Shown piece by piece: positions 1 through 13,709 of a stretch of DNA of 64,000 bases. The notes under the pieces were generated by a model that did not search any database, was not told the DNA's origin, and saw nothing but the letters and a program-made list of their open reading frames with translations. Position 1 is the stretch's first letter; each line of letters begins with the position of its first letter. The position numbers and the translations under genes are program-made. The DNA is from Anolis carolinensis (taxonomy: Eukaryota). The stretch lies in the NCBI RefSeq assembly GCF_035594765.1, contig NC_085843.1:268933971-268997970 (forward strand), in the 5' to 3' direction.

Positions 1-3000
1 TTACTTGTCTTTTAACACCACTTTTTGGGAGGCAGGGCAGTTGGCATGGGTCCTGGATCAGAGACATCTATCACCGATAATGGAAGGGCTCCTTTGGGGG
101 GAATTTGGAAGTGTGGTGAATTATTGGTGTGGCCCAGTTCATGGTCTGGCACCTCTCTTGCACCCTCAGATGGCAGGGGAACATGCAGGAAGAGTGCCCC
201 CACCCCTTCGGGTTGTACCATTCTGCTATTCCATCTGTCAAAGGACTGGAGTATTGAGCTCATTGATCAATATGTGAATTGGTCACTAGTTGGATCCAGA
301 TCCATGCAGGGCTAACCCACATTCACAGCTATAACTAATCAAAGTTCTGGCCTCGCTCTTCTAATATTATATTGAGCATGGAGTATCATTTCAGCAGAGT
401 GGTTCTCACTCCAGAACAGGCAAGAGCAATTTTGATATCATGTGCCCTATAGCAATCTATGTTGAGATGGGATGCTGGTCTCAGCAATGCCTTGGAAACC
501 CTTTGATTGGGTTACTGCATGGCTTAAGAGGTAAGATTGTGGGTGGGTGAGTGGCATTGTCAGAGATAGCTACACAAATATAACTCCATCATCATAGCTG
601 ACAACTCAGGATCTCATCCAACAAAGTGGTAGGAATAGGACAGTTTTCTAGGGACACATGTGAGGAACATGGAGGCCTCCAGATAATGTTGATTGACAGC
701 TCCCATCACCCCTGGCCATGAGGACTTGGGATGATGGATTTTGGAGGACTATATCTGGAGAACATACATATTTTCCACCCTTACTCTAAGGCCTGGTGCT
801 GAGAATAAAGCAGAGAGCTGCTTTATCTTTTTGCAGCCAAGATGTTTTGTAGAAAAGAATGAATGGCAGAAATCCCAGAGCCTATCCCTCATGTTTTAGT
901 GAATGTTTCTTCTGCTAAATTCCTTTTGGTTTTTGCTTTATATGAACCTCAGCCAAGGACCACCACTCCTCCTCTTCATGACTCCACGGCCACCACGGCC
1001 ACCACTGAGCACTCCATACGGCTCCAGTTCAAGACAGATACTTTTCTATTCTTATCTATTATACACTGTTTGTACAGAACAATGTTGTGGACACTTGGCT
1101 GTTAACATTATTATAAAGAAAATATATTATAATCATAGTTTATGGTGAGGGGCAGCAATTATTTGTACTAGGAAATGAATCCAAGAAACAGTGTTATTCT
1201 ATCTTGCAAGAACATTGCATTTTAAATCTTTCAGAAATGACAGTGTGTTGATATGCTGTTCCAGATTTATGACCAAAGCTATCCTTGATTTGGTTTATAG
1301 TTTGACCTCTGCCTCCCCTATGGAAAGCATGGTTGTGGCTCTCAGGATATTTATTCCTGATCATCAGCCATGATGGTCAACAGTCCTATAACATCTGGAG
1401 GACCACAAGTTCTCAACACCTATCTTTAGAAGAATACAAGTAAGAACAATAGAGGGAATGCCAGTAATTGTTATAAGTAGTTCTGCTTCCACATATGTCT
1501 CTTCTACAGACAAGAGTTGAGTTTCACTTGATGGAATGTAAAAAGAAGTCAAGATCATTGCAATGAATCCGGCCTCTGTTGACTCATGGTGTGCATATGT
1601 GTAGTACTTCGTATATAGCACGAAAATGCTATCAGTGTATAAAATATTAACAATAAATGGAAATTTCAAGGTGAACATGCTAGAAGATTCAGATTGTATG
1701 GAATGAGAATGGATGAATTTAACAAGTAGGTTGATTTGCTTGTTGATTGGCTACAATCAAAGAGGTTCTGACTTTATCCTGAATGTTGCTTTGGTGCATA
1801 TTATTAAGAAGCATTGTGGAATATAACACTGAGATTTTGACCACCAGTTAAGGCTCACATGTGTAATAATCACATTTTACATATACTATACTCTTTTGCC
1901 TATATTGAATAACAGTGTTTTCAGTTAGTGGTGAACTACAGGAATAGCTGAATCATGCAGTATAGCTCTTGCTGGACTGTACCACTGCGTACAGGAAGAA
2001 AAAGATCACACAACAACACCCTCTCAATAGAAGCACGTAGCAAGCAACAACTGAAGTTTTTCTGCAAGTATAAAAATTATCATGGGAAATGGACCTCCTA
2101 TATGCATGGAGTTATTTTATTGTCTACGGAAATAACTTTCCCCTTCATCAAGAGTCTGAAGAGCTAAGGACTAGCAAGACTGGTGTATGTGAGTTCGCTG
2201 GTCATGAATCCATTTTTATGGGAGTCAAATTGCCACTGTGCCCGGGTTCTGTCTGCGAGATTATTTTATTCACAGAATCTCGACAACTGATGAAATGAAT
2301 AAATACATGAAAGGAAGCATCTAAAAAAACCAGTGCACAAACTTCAGCTGGTTGACACTGAAATCAAGTAAAGTGGTGAAGAAATATTATTCACCAGTAA
2401 ACAAATCAAAGCTTCTGTGAAAGCATGAACAGCAACCAAGAACACATGAAACCAAATCCAAAGGAAAGGCCAGGTAAGTCAAAGAGTGAAAATATTTTGT
2501 TTAGTGAGATGTATTTGCTTTCTAGATATGATAGAAGAAATACTGGCTTGTCTCAATCTATTGTCAAGGGGAAATGCTGTGCCTGCAGTCTGAAAAGATC
2601 TATCTATGGATGTTTCTCCCTATGTTTGCCTTCTTTTAGAAAAGGTCGACAAACCATGAGTAACATTCTGATGGCCTCCTGTGTCCATGGATTTTGTATC
2701 CACAGTTTTTTTTATAAAATCCCAAAATCAAACCTTGATTTTGCCATTTTATATAAGTGACACCATTTTACTACAGCATTGTATATAATGCATTCACAGA
2801 TATTAGTATCCATGAGTTTTCCGAGAACCAAATCCCAGTATTTGCCAAATAGTCAGTGGTCTCCAAGATGGCCATGAACATTCTGTATTGCAAAGCCCAC
2901 AGAATATGAGCATTATGCCAATGGAAACTCACTGTATTTATCAAGCACTCACTTTGCTGGGTTCAGCTTCCATTGGGACTATACATCATTGCAACAGAAG

Positions 3001-3372
3001 GCTCATGGGTGATATGGTTCCTAGGCTCAGGAAGATTTTGTGGGCCAAACTAGTTTATATCATAGGTTAGCTCCTGACAACATTCAGTGAAATAGAGCTA
3101 TTATTGATGATGACATTGGGTGGAACGGGATGAGAATCCAAAACCTTTTTGTGTGTTTAATTTGGCATTCTGTTGATTCAGGACAAGCACTTGAGAGAAC
3201 CTTCCTGAAGATCAGAAAATAAGTGACAGAGTGAGTGATGGAGTTGCTGGAAAAACACCAGAACATTTATAGAAAGGCTGCATCTGAAATGAATGCAAAA
3301 AACAAAGCCATTGAATTGAGCCCAAAGGTTAGCTTAGTGACACAGAGTGAAACGGTTGGGTTTCCATCATAT
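1..3372 (-). other. Probable SLC7A14 3'UTR / downstream region
   Basis: Follows the stop codon; minus-strand AATAAA candidates at 2270-2265, 2121-2116 and 1355-1350; the true 3' end is not determinable. Confidence 0.5.
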
Positions 3373-3692
3373 CTACTCTGGTGAGTAGTCTAACTCATCA
3401 TTTGAAATGAGCGCATCTGAGTTCTGCTTGTGTTTGCTTTTGCTTTTTGCTTTGCTACTTGTCCGACTGCTCTCCTTTGTTTCCGACATCTGCTGGTAAG
3501 AGAAACCTTTGTCATCGGCAGGATCCCAGTCCTGGTAGTTTTCACTCTCAGCGTAGGCAAAGCCATCGTCAACAGAGAAGGGATCAACATCAACATCGTA
3601 GCGTTGGTATGTACTCTGATGCAAAGCTTCTTCCCGAGCTGTGATTTCCAATGTACTATTCCAAATGCCATAGCCAAAGTAAATTAACAACC
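3373..3692 (-). CDS. SLC7A14: SLC7A14 last coding exon (GLLIYFGYGIWNS...NDELDYSPE*)
   Basis: Acceptor TCCTCCAG at 3694/3693; TAG stop 3375-3373; 320 nt. Confidence 0.97.
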
Positions 3693-4529
3693 CTGGAGGA
3701 GAGAAAGGAGAGACTTTGGTTGGTAAATGCCTTTTACTACAGTGTGAGTTTGTCTTCAAGAGAAGGCAGTTCAAACCTTCACAGATCTATCAATACTTCT
3801 GTACAATATTTTTGCTGCTTCCACAGGAAGTTCTTTTTCTAAAACATATTTTATTTATTAGGTTTTTCAGCTGCAAAGAAAGTCAGCATGGCAGAGAAGG
3901 GGAAAAAGTAGGACAACTGAAATTTTCAGTATTCCTTAGTTTTATATCTCTAGGATTTTCACTGGAGCATTATCAAGTAACAAATATATTTATACTATGT
4001 GAAAAGACCATAAACACAAAGAAGTCTTGGATGTAAGTTTCTATATACATTTTTACTATGACTTTGTTTGATTCCCTGCCTTCCAAGATCAGAAAGATAA
4101 AGATAAATAGCACAAATAAATCATATGACATTAGTTTTTAAAATAACTAGCAGGTTTTTCTTTTTGTTGCATTCCACTGTGCTGTCATATAGTTTTCCTA
4201 TCCACGGGGTCACCCAACATTCTCAGATGTTCCCAGGACATTTGCCTAGTGCAATTAATATTACATTATGGTAGTGGTGCACAACCTGTGGCTGTCTAGT
4301 TGTTTGGGACACCAACTCACTGAAGTCCTAACCAGCTTGTCCAATGGTCAGGAATTCTGGGAGCTGAAACCCAAAACACCTGGAGGGCCACAGATTATTT
4401 ACCACTAAATTATCGTCAAATCAAGTGATATCATATCATAATTTACCAATCAAAACTACTCTAGCTATAGTTTCAGAGAATTATCTCAGATATATTGTGA
4501 GAGGCAGATGATGGTTTTGTTCATGGCAG

Positions 4530-4665
4530 CTGATCGATATATTTTTTCAGGAGCTACTTTGGGTCTACAGGAGCTATCGAAGGTGCTACAACAATTTGGT
4601 GAGTAAGGTTCAACACCTTGGATATCTCCAGTAAAATTTAGATTCATTCTGGTAAAATATAGCAT
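4530..4665. repeat. Fold-back element with divergent RE1-like pair
   Basis: GGAGCTATCGAAGGTGCTACA (4570-4590), 18-nt spacer, TTCAACACCTTGGATATCTCC (4609-4629). Confidence 0.5.
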
Positions 4666-4741
4666 GCATCCAACTCTCTGAGGTAATAGAGCTAAAGCTG
4701 CTTCTGCATATCATGGTCAAATTTTCTCATTCAAGACTTAC

Positions 4742-5619
4742 CCACAAAACACCAGACAGCAAAACGGATCCATGTGATCTTTGAGAGTTTCAGCATAAGA
4801 TATATGTTCACAAGCATAGCAAAGGCAGGGACAAAAGGTAGGCAAGGAGCCATATAAGGGAGCTTTTTGGGATTCTCTGGCTGTTGAAGAATGACAAACA
4901 CCAACACAACTATCAGCAGGACCATCAGAACCACCAGGAGAATTGCCCACCAACTTTGGTCATACAGGTAGTCCAACCCAAAAATGATGAAAGAGCAGAA
5001 GATGAACATGAGGACAAACAGCAAGAGCACACAGGTGGTGACAGTCTGGCCAGTAGCTGCTGTGGGACGATCCATTTTCCCAGGTAGCCCAAGATGAATC
5101 CTCATAGTGTAGTAGCGTGGTCCTATTAGTTTCTTCAGCTTGATCAGGTAGATGTTTTCAGATTCGTCTGCTTCTATTCCTGAAGTCATGTCAACTGTAC
5201 CATAGTTAGGGTGGTTGACATTGTAGGTGGTCTTATCTGACTTTCCAATGAGCATTTCATTGTCTCCCAAGGATGGAAGATTCTTTGCACCACATGTGTT
5301 GGTAGGTGGACCTGCAAATTCCTCTCCTTCACTTCCTGGAGAACAAATTTCCTTTTCACAGTCTGCTAAAATCCCTTCCTTCTTCTTTGTATGCTCTTCA
5401 GAAAGAAATTTGACAAAGCCATCAATGTCACTCTCTGGTTGGTAGCGGAGAAGCAGAACACAGACGGAAACCAAAGTGTACGCAAGCAGTGTGCCAATGG
5501 ACATCATCTCTATCAGATCCCTCAGGCTTACCAGCAAGGAGAGTAGTGCTGCAAGAAATCCTGAGACTATGCAAGCTACTACAGGGGTTTCAGTATAAGA
5601 ACTTACATGGGACAAGAAC
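4742..5619 (-). CDS. SLC7A14: SLC7A14 coding exon 6 (FLSHVSSYTETP...AVWCFV-G)
   Basis: Acceptor TTTTCCTATAG at 5621/5620, donor GTAAGT at 4741; 878 nt; includes the large cytoplasmic loop. Confidence 0.97.
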
Positions 5620-5695
5620 CTATAGGAAAAAGAATGAAAATTAAAACTAACTCCACATCTATCTTTTGTACTATCATTCCAAGCATCTATTGGAC

Positions 5696-5810
5696 TGCCA
5701 CACTATGGAACAATGAATATGCCCTAAGCTTTAGACTGAATTTTAAAGGAGTTATCTAAGGCCCTCAAACTATTTTGGAAATAGTGTTCAGTACATTGGA
5801 CAGCTCTGTT
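5696..5810. repeat. Fold-back element with divergent RE1-like pair
   Basis: Left arm CAATGAATATGCCCTAAGCTTTAG...AAAGGAG resembles the 23644 copy; GGAGTTATCTAAGGCCCTCAA (5748-5768), 18-nt spacer, TTCAGTACATTGGACAGCTCT (5787-5807). Confidence 0.55.
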
Positions 5811-6129
5811 ACTTGGAGCATCGAAGCTGGTAACCTTCTGGGACATCATCCTGTGTATCTGCTCAGTCTGCTATTCAGATTCTAAGCATTGACAGGCATT
5901 CTCAATGCCCTGACTTTACAGTCTATAGTTGTTTACAGCAGAATTTGATTGGGTAGCCCTTCAAACAGAAATTGTCCACTGGAAGCCTTTCTTATAGATA
6001 TTGTGCTTCATACAATACAAGGGCAAAGCCCTCTTGATCTCATAGTGATTGCAAATATTGCAGTAACAACTATCAGATAAGATGTTCCAGTGTCTCTTCT
6101 CATATGAGCTCTGGTTAGATGGAACTTAC

Positions 6130-6338
6130 CTGAAGAGAAGCCCATCACCAGCCATTGCATAAATTATACGAGGCATGGGGAAGAGGGAGCCCAACAAGCT
6201 CACGGTCAAGCCAGCCACAGAACCAATGGCAACAATGAATTTAGCGGTGTAGAATCCATGGGCTGCAAACATTTCCATCAGGGGGGATTCGGTATCAATC
6301 TCATTGTATGGCACCATCAGAGTTAAAATAATGCTCAC
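6130..6338 (-). CDS. SLC7A14: SLC7A14 coding exon 5 ([11 protein letters not shown]...AGDGLLFR)
   Basis: Acceptor CAATAG at 6340/6339, donor GTAAGT at 6129; 209 nt. Confidence 0.97.
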
Positions 6339-7221
6339 CTATTGCAAGGGGAGGAGAAAGGTGACATCATGTTTAGATGAAGCAGAGTACTTGTTGTGCA
6401 CATTTGTGGGTTTGACTTTTGGTGATTTGATTATTTGCAGATTTGATTAAAATGGCCTCTTCAGGAATCTCTAGGACTTCCAGCACAGTTTTATGGTCAA
6501 CTTCCAGCGGAAGCTGACAAGAGAGCTACACTGGGGGACCTAGATATCCTGCGAGATGTGTTCTCTTAGATTTAAAAAAAAAATAGTTTTTTTTTCCACC
6601 TTGGAGAACATGGACATCCTACTGCACTGGTCTTTGAGATGTTTAAAGTTTTAAATGGAAAAGGCATTTCATGAAATGTCACTGACACTCAAGGTAGACA
6701 AAAATCAGGTGGAATGAATCATCATTCTATTTTGGTGCAAGTCAGCTTCTCATCCATCCACTATTTGTTTGCAAAATCAAAGCCTGCTTTGGATAATCTA
6801 GAAGGACTCAATACTGTATATTAGAAGTGTGAATTGTTTGGCTCACTAGACATAGAATGGTAACTCCCAGCCAATGAATGGTAAGTCCCAGCTTGCATAG
6901 CCAATGATGAAGAATTCTAGGAGCTGCAGTCCAGTAATATTTGGAGGGCTGCACAAGTTCCACACTTGCTATATAAAGTTACCTGAGCATAAGTCCCATT
7001 GAATGCAGTTAGACCTAACTAACTCTGAGTAAACATATATAGGATTGCAGTTTAGGAAGTTTAGCATGAGCATAAAGCATGCTAGGTGGCTACCTCCAGA
7101 TGTTTTCTGTGGACTGCAGTTCCCACAATCCCTGAGCATTGCCTAGGCTGGCTAGGGCTGATGGGTGTTGTAGATCAGTTCTGGTATTATGAGACATTAG
7201 TGAAAAAATGATTAGAATATA

Positions 7222-7544
7222 CAGTAGAGTCTCACTTATCCAACATAAACGGGCCGGCAGAACTTTGGATAAGCGAATATGTTGGATAATAAGGAGGGAT
7301 TAAGGAAAAGCCTATTACACATCAAATTAGGTTATGATTTTACAAACTAAACACCAAAACATCATGTTATACAACAAATTTGACAGAAAAAGTAGTTCAA
7401 TACGCAGTAATGCTATGTAGTAATTACTGTATTTACGAATTTAGCACTAAAATATCACGATGTATTGAAAATATTGACTACAAAAATGCGTTGGATAATC
7501 CAGAACGTTGGATAAGCGAGTGTTGGATAAGTGAGACTCTACTG
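7222..7544. mobile_element. Tc1/mariner (pogo/Tigger-like) MITE
   Basis: TIR CAGTAGAGTCTCACTTATCCAAC, TA TSD. Confidence 0.9.
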
Positions 7545-8038
7545 TACTTGAAGATAAAAATAATGGACTTTTGGTCAGTTTGTTCCCCTTTCCTCTGTAA
7601 AATGAAACAATGCAAACCCCTAAATATAGGCTGCTTCTGCAGCTATTGGCTACTCATACTTTGACTTCATTAGTTCGATAAGTTCTCTGCAGTCATTGGC
7701 TCAGCAGGCAAGATGCGGGATGTTTATGAATATTCCAATGGATTACCTTTTCTTGTTAAAAAGCAGCACTATCACAACAGTAGCTAACTGTTAGAGGACA
7801 TGCATAGTATGTGTGGGAGCAGTATGTGAATGGGGTGTGTGAGTAGTATTTGTGTTGTATGTCAGCAATGAAGTGGGTGTGCAAGAGAGATGGAGAGAAG
7901 GGAGAGAGAATATGAAAGAAGAATGGGCACAGAATACAGAAACAATTATAAACAGCAAGCTTGCCCCAGCTTTGATTAGATAATTTTTTGCCTGATAGGA
8001 ACAATTAATGGTGCCCTATCCTTGCTCCCCAACCCTTC

Positions 8039-8550
8039 TCATCATCATCATCATCAACAACAACAATTTATTGATTAGCCAGTTGGCCTTATCAAAGACA
8101 GACAATACAAAAACAACATACAACATACATCTGGTTCACTTAAAATAAAATACAGATATACAGGTGTCTGCCTGCTTTGTGCCAATGTAGTTTAGCTAAA
8201 GATCTCTGCATCAACTATCCTCATCTCTCCTGCACTGCACCCCAATCTGATCTATGTACTCTGATCTCCTTTTAGCAGCTTTAAACAAATACAGGGCTAC
8301 TTTTGTTGTCAGAGTGGGGCTATACCTGGCTAACAAAAATGAAGTTTTGGCCTCAATAACCCAGCTTGTTTTATTACCAATAAAAGGCCATAAGTATTGT
8401 TTCCTTTCTTTTTTATATAGGTTACAGTTGTGCAAAATGTGGTTCAAATTTTCAACTTCAGGGCTGCCACAAATACATAATCCTTCTTCATACGGGATAT
8501 GATTGAATCTGCCGTGTCTCTCCATGGACTCCATTTGTTCAAATCTTGCC
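8039..8550 (-). mobile_element. Non-LTR retrotransposon 3' fragment (RTE-X-like)
   Basis: C-terminal zinc knuckle CICGSPEVENLNHILHNCNLY..R, short 3'UTR, AATAAA then (TTG)n(ATG)n tail; clade assignment is tentative. Confidence 0.7.
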
Positions 8551-9576
8551 CTTGTGCCCTTGTTCCCTTCTCAAGGAACAGAGTATCCAAGGCTGGCCTA
8601 GTTATTTTGGCTCCTGATATCTCTGCTTCCTCACTGGCAGCCAAACTATTACAACAATAATTAAACAAATATCTATCCATTTGTTATGCTTTCCTGACAC
8701 TGCAAACTCAGCTGTTTATAACATGGATCAAAAGCAACCAGCTCAACACACGAAATCAATCTAGACTGCAAAAATCAGAGGTGCCAATATTTCTACCAAT
8801 AATCATCAACTTTCCCAATTTGGCAAAAACAGTCTTGATCAATCCTCTCTCAGCCTGCCTTTCTAGCTGCTTCTCTCCCACTTTTCCACTTTCCCACTTT
8901 GTCCTGAGTTTATGTCCCTTGCAATAAACTGAGTTAAAAAGCAAAAAACAGTTTGTGCTCCTTTAACTAGTGAGAGGAGAGAGCAAAAGCTTGCTCTTCT
9001 CTGTAGCCCAAGGCAAAAGCAAACTACTGCTGTCTCTCCTGGATTGTGTGTGTTATTTTTCATTACTAACTTTTGCCATCTTGACCAAACTTGGATGTTG
9101 CTTGGCCACATCTCCTAGTTTTCATACTTGAAATATTGGAGGATATGTAAATGCAGTGAAAAAAAATGCTGGGCCAACAGGTATGCTAGCAGTGGGGAGT
9201 TGGATTGCTAGGCATGATGTTCCCCCTTCCCCACAAAATCAATACCCATTATATTAAAAATGTTCTGGACTTTGCTTGCTAGCTGCACATGCTTGGTCTT
9301 TTTAAAAAATGCCCATAACCATAGTTTTCAAGATGTTACCCTTGCATATTTAGAAGGATGCTTTGGTGTTTTGCATTACCTCGTAATTTTAACAAGTACT
9401 CTATAATGTATAGCATCATTAGTATCTTTATATTGCAAGAGATGGAGGGAAGGGATGCTGAGAAATAAGGTAGCTTTGAGGAGGAACTTCCTGGCTCATC
9501 ACGTACACTTCTACCTATTGTTATTACCTCTAAGGGGAGAATTAGTCTGAGCACAATCTTGAAATGTGTTACTTAC

Positions 9577-9723
9577 AGACACATAAGCCGTGAGGCATGT
9601 GACCAGCGAGGCAGTGATGGCATAAGGGATGGAAGTGTTGGGACTTTTTGCCTCTTCTCCAGTGGTTGCAATGATATCAAATCCAATAAAGGCATAGAAA
9701 CAGGTTGCTGCACCTTGTAGTAC
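9577..9723 (-). CDS. SLC7A14: SLC7A14 coding exon 4 ([16 protein letters not shown]...TAYVS)
   Basis: Acceptor CTTGCAG at 9725/9724, donor GTAAGT at 9576; 147 nt; TM6 motif FYAFIGFD. Confidence 0.97.
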
Positions 9724-12700
9724 CTGCAAGTAAAGAAACATAGTTCTAGATTATATGGCAATGCCCATCCTTGAAAAGAGATCGTCAACTTTCTAAAGAA
9801 TGCATAAAGGAAAGGGGGTATTTCCCACGGGATCTGGGAAGGTCACATTTTTCCTGCCGTCTTTTATACTTGTTTTAGCTGTAAACACCTCCGAAATGTC
9901 ATCTAGTAGCCTGGGAAGAGGTCACTTTCCCTGGGTTTTTGATCCCCTAATATGCTTTGGAAATTATAATGCTTTTCAACAAGTCTCCTGTAACTTTGAT
10001 GAGATGTTTGGAGCCATCTACATATAATCAGTAAAATCCCTTTCTCTTCTCCTTGCAGATATTTCCTGACCATAGGAACGTGGAGCCAAAATGCACGAGG
10101 CTGTCTTCTTTTAATCTTAAAGCAAAATCCAGCAAATGCCCAAAGGAGATTGACTGTGAATAGGGTGAATTCTAGAAATGGAATGGAAATGTCATTTAAA
10201 GACAGAGTATGGAAATCTTATCTACAGCTTTCAAAAAACCTCAGAGACCATATTGGCTGGAGGATTCTATGAGTAATAGAAAAACACATAAACAAATCAA
10301 TCTGTTTGCAAGCTATGGCTAAAAACAGAAACATGTAAAGTCTGCTTTATTAGAATCAAATCTAGGTAACTAGACTAGCAGTCTCTTCTCTAACCTTTCC
10401 AGGCTTTATGCTGAAAATTTCCACTTCTTTGTAATGAAATTTTTACCATGTCTCTTCCCTGAGCCTTTTCAAATGGCCAGTAGCTTTTGAAATGATGAAG
10501 TATTTGAGAAATGTTAATCCAAAAAGATAACTTTCTCAGGTTCTGGCTTTCCCACCCTTTGCTTAGAGAGGCCAATCTATCAGCTCCACTTTCTTCCAGT
10601 TCTGAATGTTTTACTTCTCAAATCGCTTTCACCCTACTTTTGATGAAATGTGCCAAATCTTGTTAAGTTTATATCAGCTCACATTACTTCCACAATGCAA
10701 GTGAAGTTCTCATCCCAATAGGGAGCTGAAGCAATGAAGGAATAGACTGACAATTGCTTGCAACAAATCAAGTCAAAATCCATATTCCTTTGAAAGAAAT
10801 TGAGTTTCTTGGTGCCATTTTATCCAGCTTTTTCTCCAGCAAAGTCAATTTAAAGATGAAATACCAGCTTGTTGGATGAGCATTAAACATCACTTCTATT
10901 CCACTTCTATTCTACTCCATACTAAGAGTCAAGTAATAGAAACCCAATAAATTAATTCAGAATCCAGCGTATCTTTCACATTTCTGGTGGCATGGCCATG
11001 ACTGAGGTTCTTTCCACTTTGGCTTTATGGGGTGAGAGCAAACCATAGAGAAAAGCTGGTTTTGGGGATATAGGGATCAAGGATTATCCAAAGAGTCAAT
11101 ATTTCTTTTAGTGTTCTGTAGCGACCACAGAAAAGACAATGGCTTGAAATCAGCCATATTAGGCTCTCTGCTGAATTTGCCCTAGCTTTCAAACTGAATA
11201 AAGTCCAAGAAAAGCACCCTTCCATTGGAATAATAAATCACCTTATAAGAAGAGTTAAGACTGGGAACCTCTTCAGTTTAAAGGCAAGTTTATTTACTTT
11301 TCAAACTGGGGCCCCATCTACACTGCAGAAATTTTAACTGCATTGAACTGGATTATATGAGTCTCCACCAGTCATGGTCAAACTTTGGCCCTCCAAGTGT
11401 TTTGGACTTCAACTCCCACAATTCTTAACAGCCTGGTCTACACTGACATATAATACAGTTCAATGCAGATAAACTGCATTATATGAGGCCCCATTTGCAC
11501 TGCCATATAATGCAGATTGAACTGGATTATATGGCAGTGTACTCATATAATGAAGTTAAATGCAGTTCAGTCTACACTGACCAAGCTTTTTAGGTAACAA
11601 GAACCCCTTCCTTTTGCCAATTTCAATGAATTAATTTGGAGCCCAGGGGCCCTTTCATACTTCACAGTTATAGCACTATAAATCAATTTAAGATGCCACG
11701 GTTCCATCCATTGCAATTTTCAAAGAAGTCTTTTGAATTTTATTGCCTTACTAAGCAACCAGCTTCTGAATTCCAGAGGATGTAGCCATGGCAACTAAAG
11801 TGGAATCATAGTGTGAGAATTGCCAATGTGGACATTTACAGTCTCTGCTCATCCTCTTCCTCTGCATGGAAGACCATCCAAATCTGTTCAGATTCCCAGT
11901 GGAGCTTTTCAGCTAATATATGCACAAGAAACATCACCAACTTGGCAGCACGAGGAAAGAAAGCAAACGCTTTCAGGGCCTTCAGCTTTCTTTTTACTGT
12001 TGAGCAGCCAAATCAAATATCAGCTCAGTGTCTACATTTTACAGGAGAGGCAATATTGTTGCTCAGTTCTTTTGCTACAAAGGCCTGATGCATGCAAGGA
12101 AGTGTTTCTTTTCTGAAAATCTATTTTTAAAACATTACCAGGACTCAATTCTCCCCATAGTAAGCATAAACAAACCCTAGTGATTTCAGTGGTAAAAGTT
12201 GCATGCCTTCATGGGATCGTGGAGTGGCTTTTGAACATTCAGATTGCGAGTTTCCATATGTTTACATTGTTTAATTTGTTATTGAAATGAACTCACTAAT
12301 TATACCCTTGACTCTGAAAACTGCTGATCTATCACAAGTTTGAAATATTTATCACTCAATCAATCCTTTCCCTGAAATCCGCATGATTGTTAAAGCAGCT
12401 GTCTTGGATGCACTTTCAAGGAATACAGTGGTGTTTATTTCTAAACAGATTTATGTAGAATTATGCTGTAATAGAATTTAACTTTGGTTTATGCACGTGT
12501 TATATCTTTTTGAACAGTGTACTGTATGTTGTTCTGTTGTGTTCCAACCAGAGGAAAAATTCAGGGTCAGGGACATTTAGAGGAGAAAGAACGCTGCCGT
12601 CTTTGTTGAAAAAATATTGCAAATGCTGAAAAGGAATGAGAGCTATTTTGGCGGAAAGAACAAATACAGGCAGTCCCCGAGTTGCAAAGTTCTTACTTAC

Positions 12701-13379
12701 AAACTACTGATGATATGATGGAGAAAAGGGCATGGCTATCTGGGGAACTACAGTTAGTCTGTATTTGACCCCAAGGTGTGAGGTCCCATACTATTTTAGA
12801 CAACTCTTTAACAGACCTTTTCTGTTAGACTAAAGGCAGAAGAAATAATGAGAAAGATCATATAGGTGTAGATTTGGAGATATTATCTAACTCTCCCATA
12901 AATGTCCACAAATGAGTGGATGTGATCACATAGTGAAGATACTGTCTAGAAGCACCAATTGGACTCCCTAAAAATTATGTGAATAAAACTAAAATTGAAC
13001 TATACAAGCCATGTCTGGCATGTAGATCTTCCTCAATTGTACCTGCTAACATTTTTCGTTTGCTCTTGTGACAGCAAAACATTTGTCTACCTTTTGGCGC
13101 TGCACATTTGTATTAGGCGTCTCTGACGGGATCAGTTGTAATGGGCTTGTTAAATCATCAACTCTCCAAAGAGGAGGATAATTATGTTTATATATTGGTA
13201 ATTTTACTCCATTGAGCAATCCCACATTAGATGCCATTCAGTTTGCCAGCTGGGTAAGTGTTTTCTTTTTTATATATCTCTTAAATGAAATGCTATAGAG
13301 ATATAAAAAAAAGAAAACACTTACCCAGCTGGCAAACTGAATGGCATCTAATGTGGGATATCTCTTAAATAAAATGCTA

Positions 13380-13709
13380 GGGGCCTCCAGTGGCAAAGTG
13401 TGTTAAAGCGCTGAGCTGCTGAACTTGCGGACCAAAAGGTCCCAGGTTCAAATCCCGGGAGCGGAATGAGCGCCCGCTGTTAGCCCCAGCTCCTGCCAAC
13501 CTAGCAATTCGAAAACATGCAAATGTGAGTAGATCAATAGGTACTGCTCTGGCGGGAAGGTAATGGTGCTCCATGCAATCATGCCGGACACATGATCTGG
13601 AGATGTCTATGGATAACGCTGGCTCTTTGGCTTAGAAATTGAGATGAGTACCAACCCCCAGAGTCGGTCACGACTGGACTTAATGTCAGGGAAACCTTTA
13701 CCTTTTACC
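13380..13709 (+). mobile_element. Sauria SINE, full length
   Basis: tRNA-like head with B box GGTTCAAATCC, (ACCTTT)n tail, TSD TAAATAAAATGCT. Confidence 0.88.

Noticed and set aside
11309-11580. CRISPR-like array of TCTACACTG..ATAATGCAG units
   Set aside because: Eukaryotic context, irregular spacing and internal inversions; these are sub-terminal repeats of a Harbinger-like MITE with a nested hAT fragment
13380-13460. tRNA gene
   Set aside because: A/B-box-like head belongs to a Sauria SINE; no complete cloverleaf
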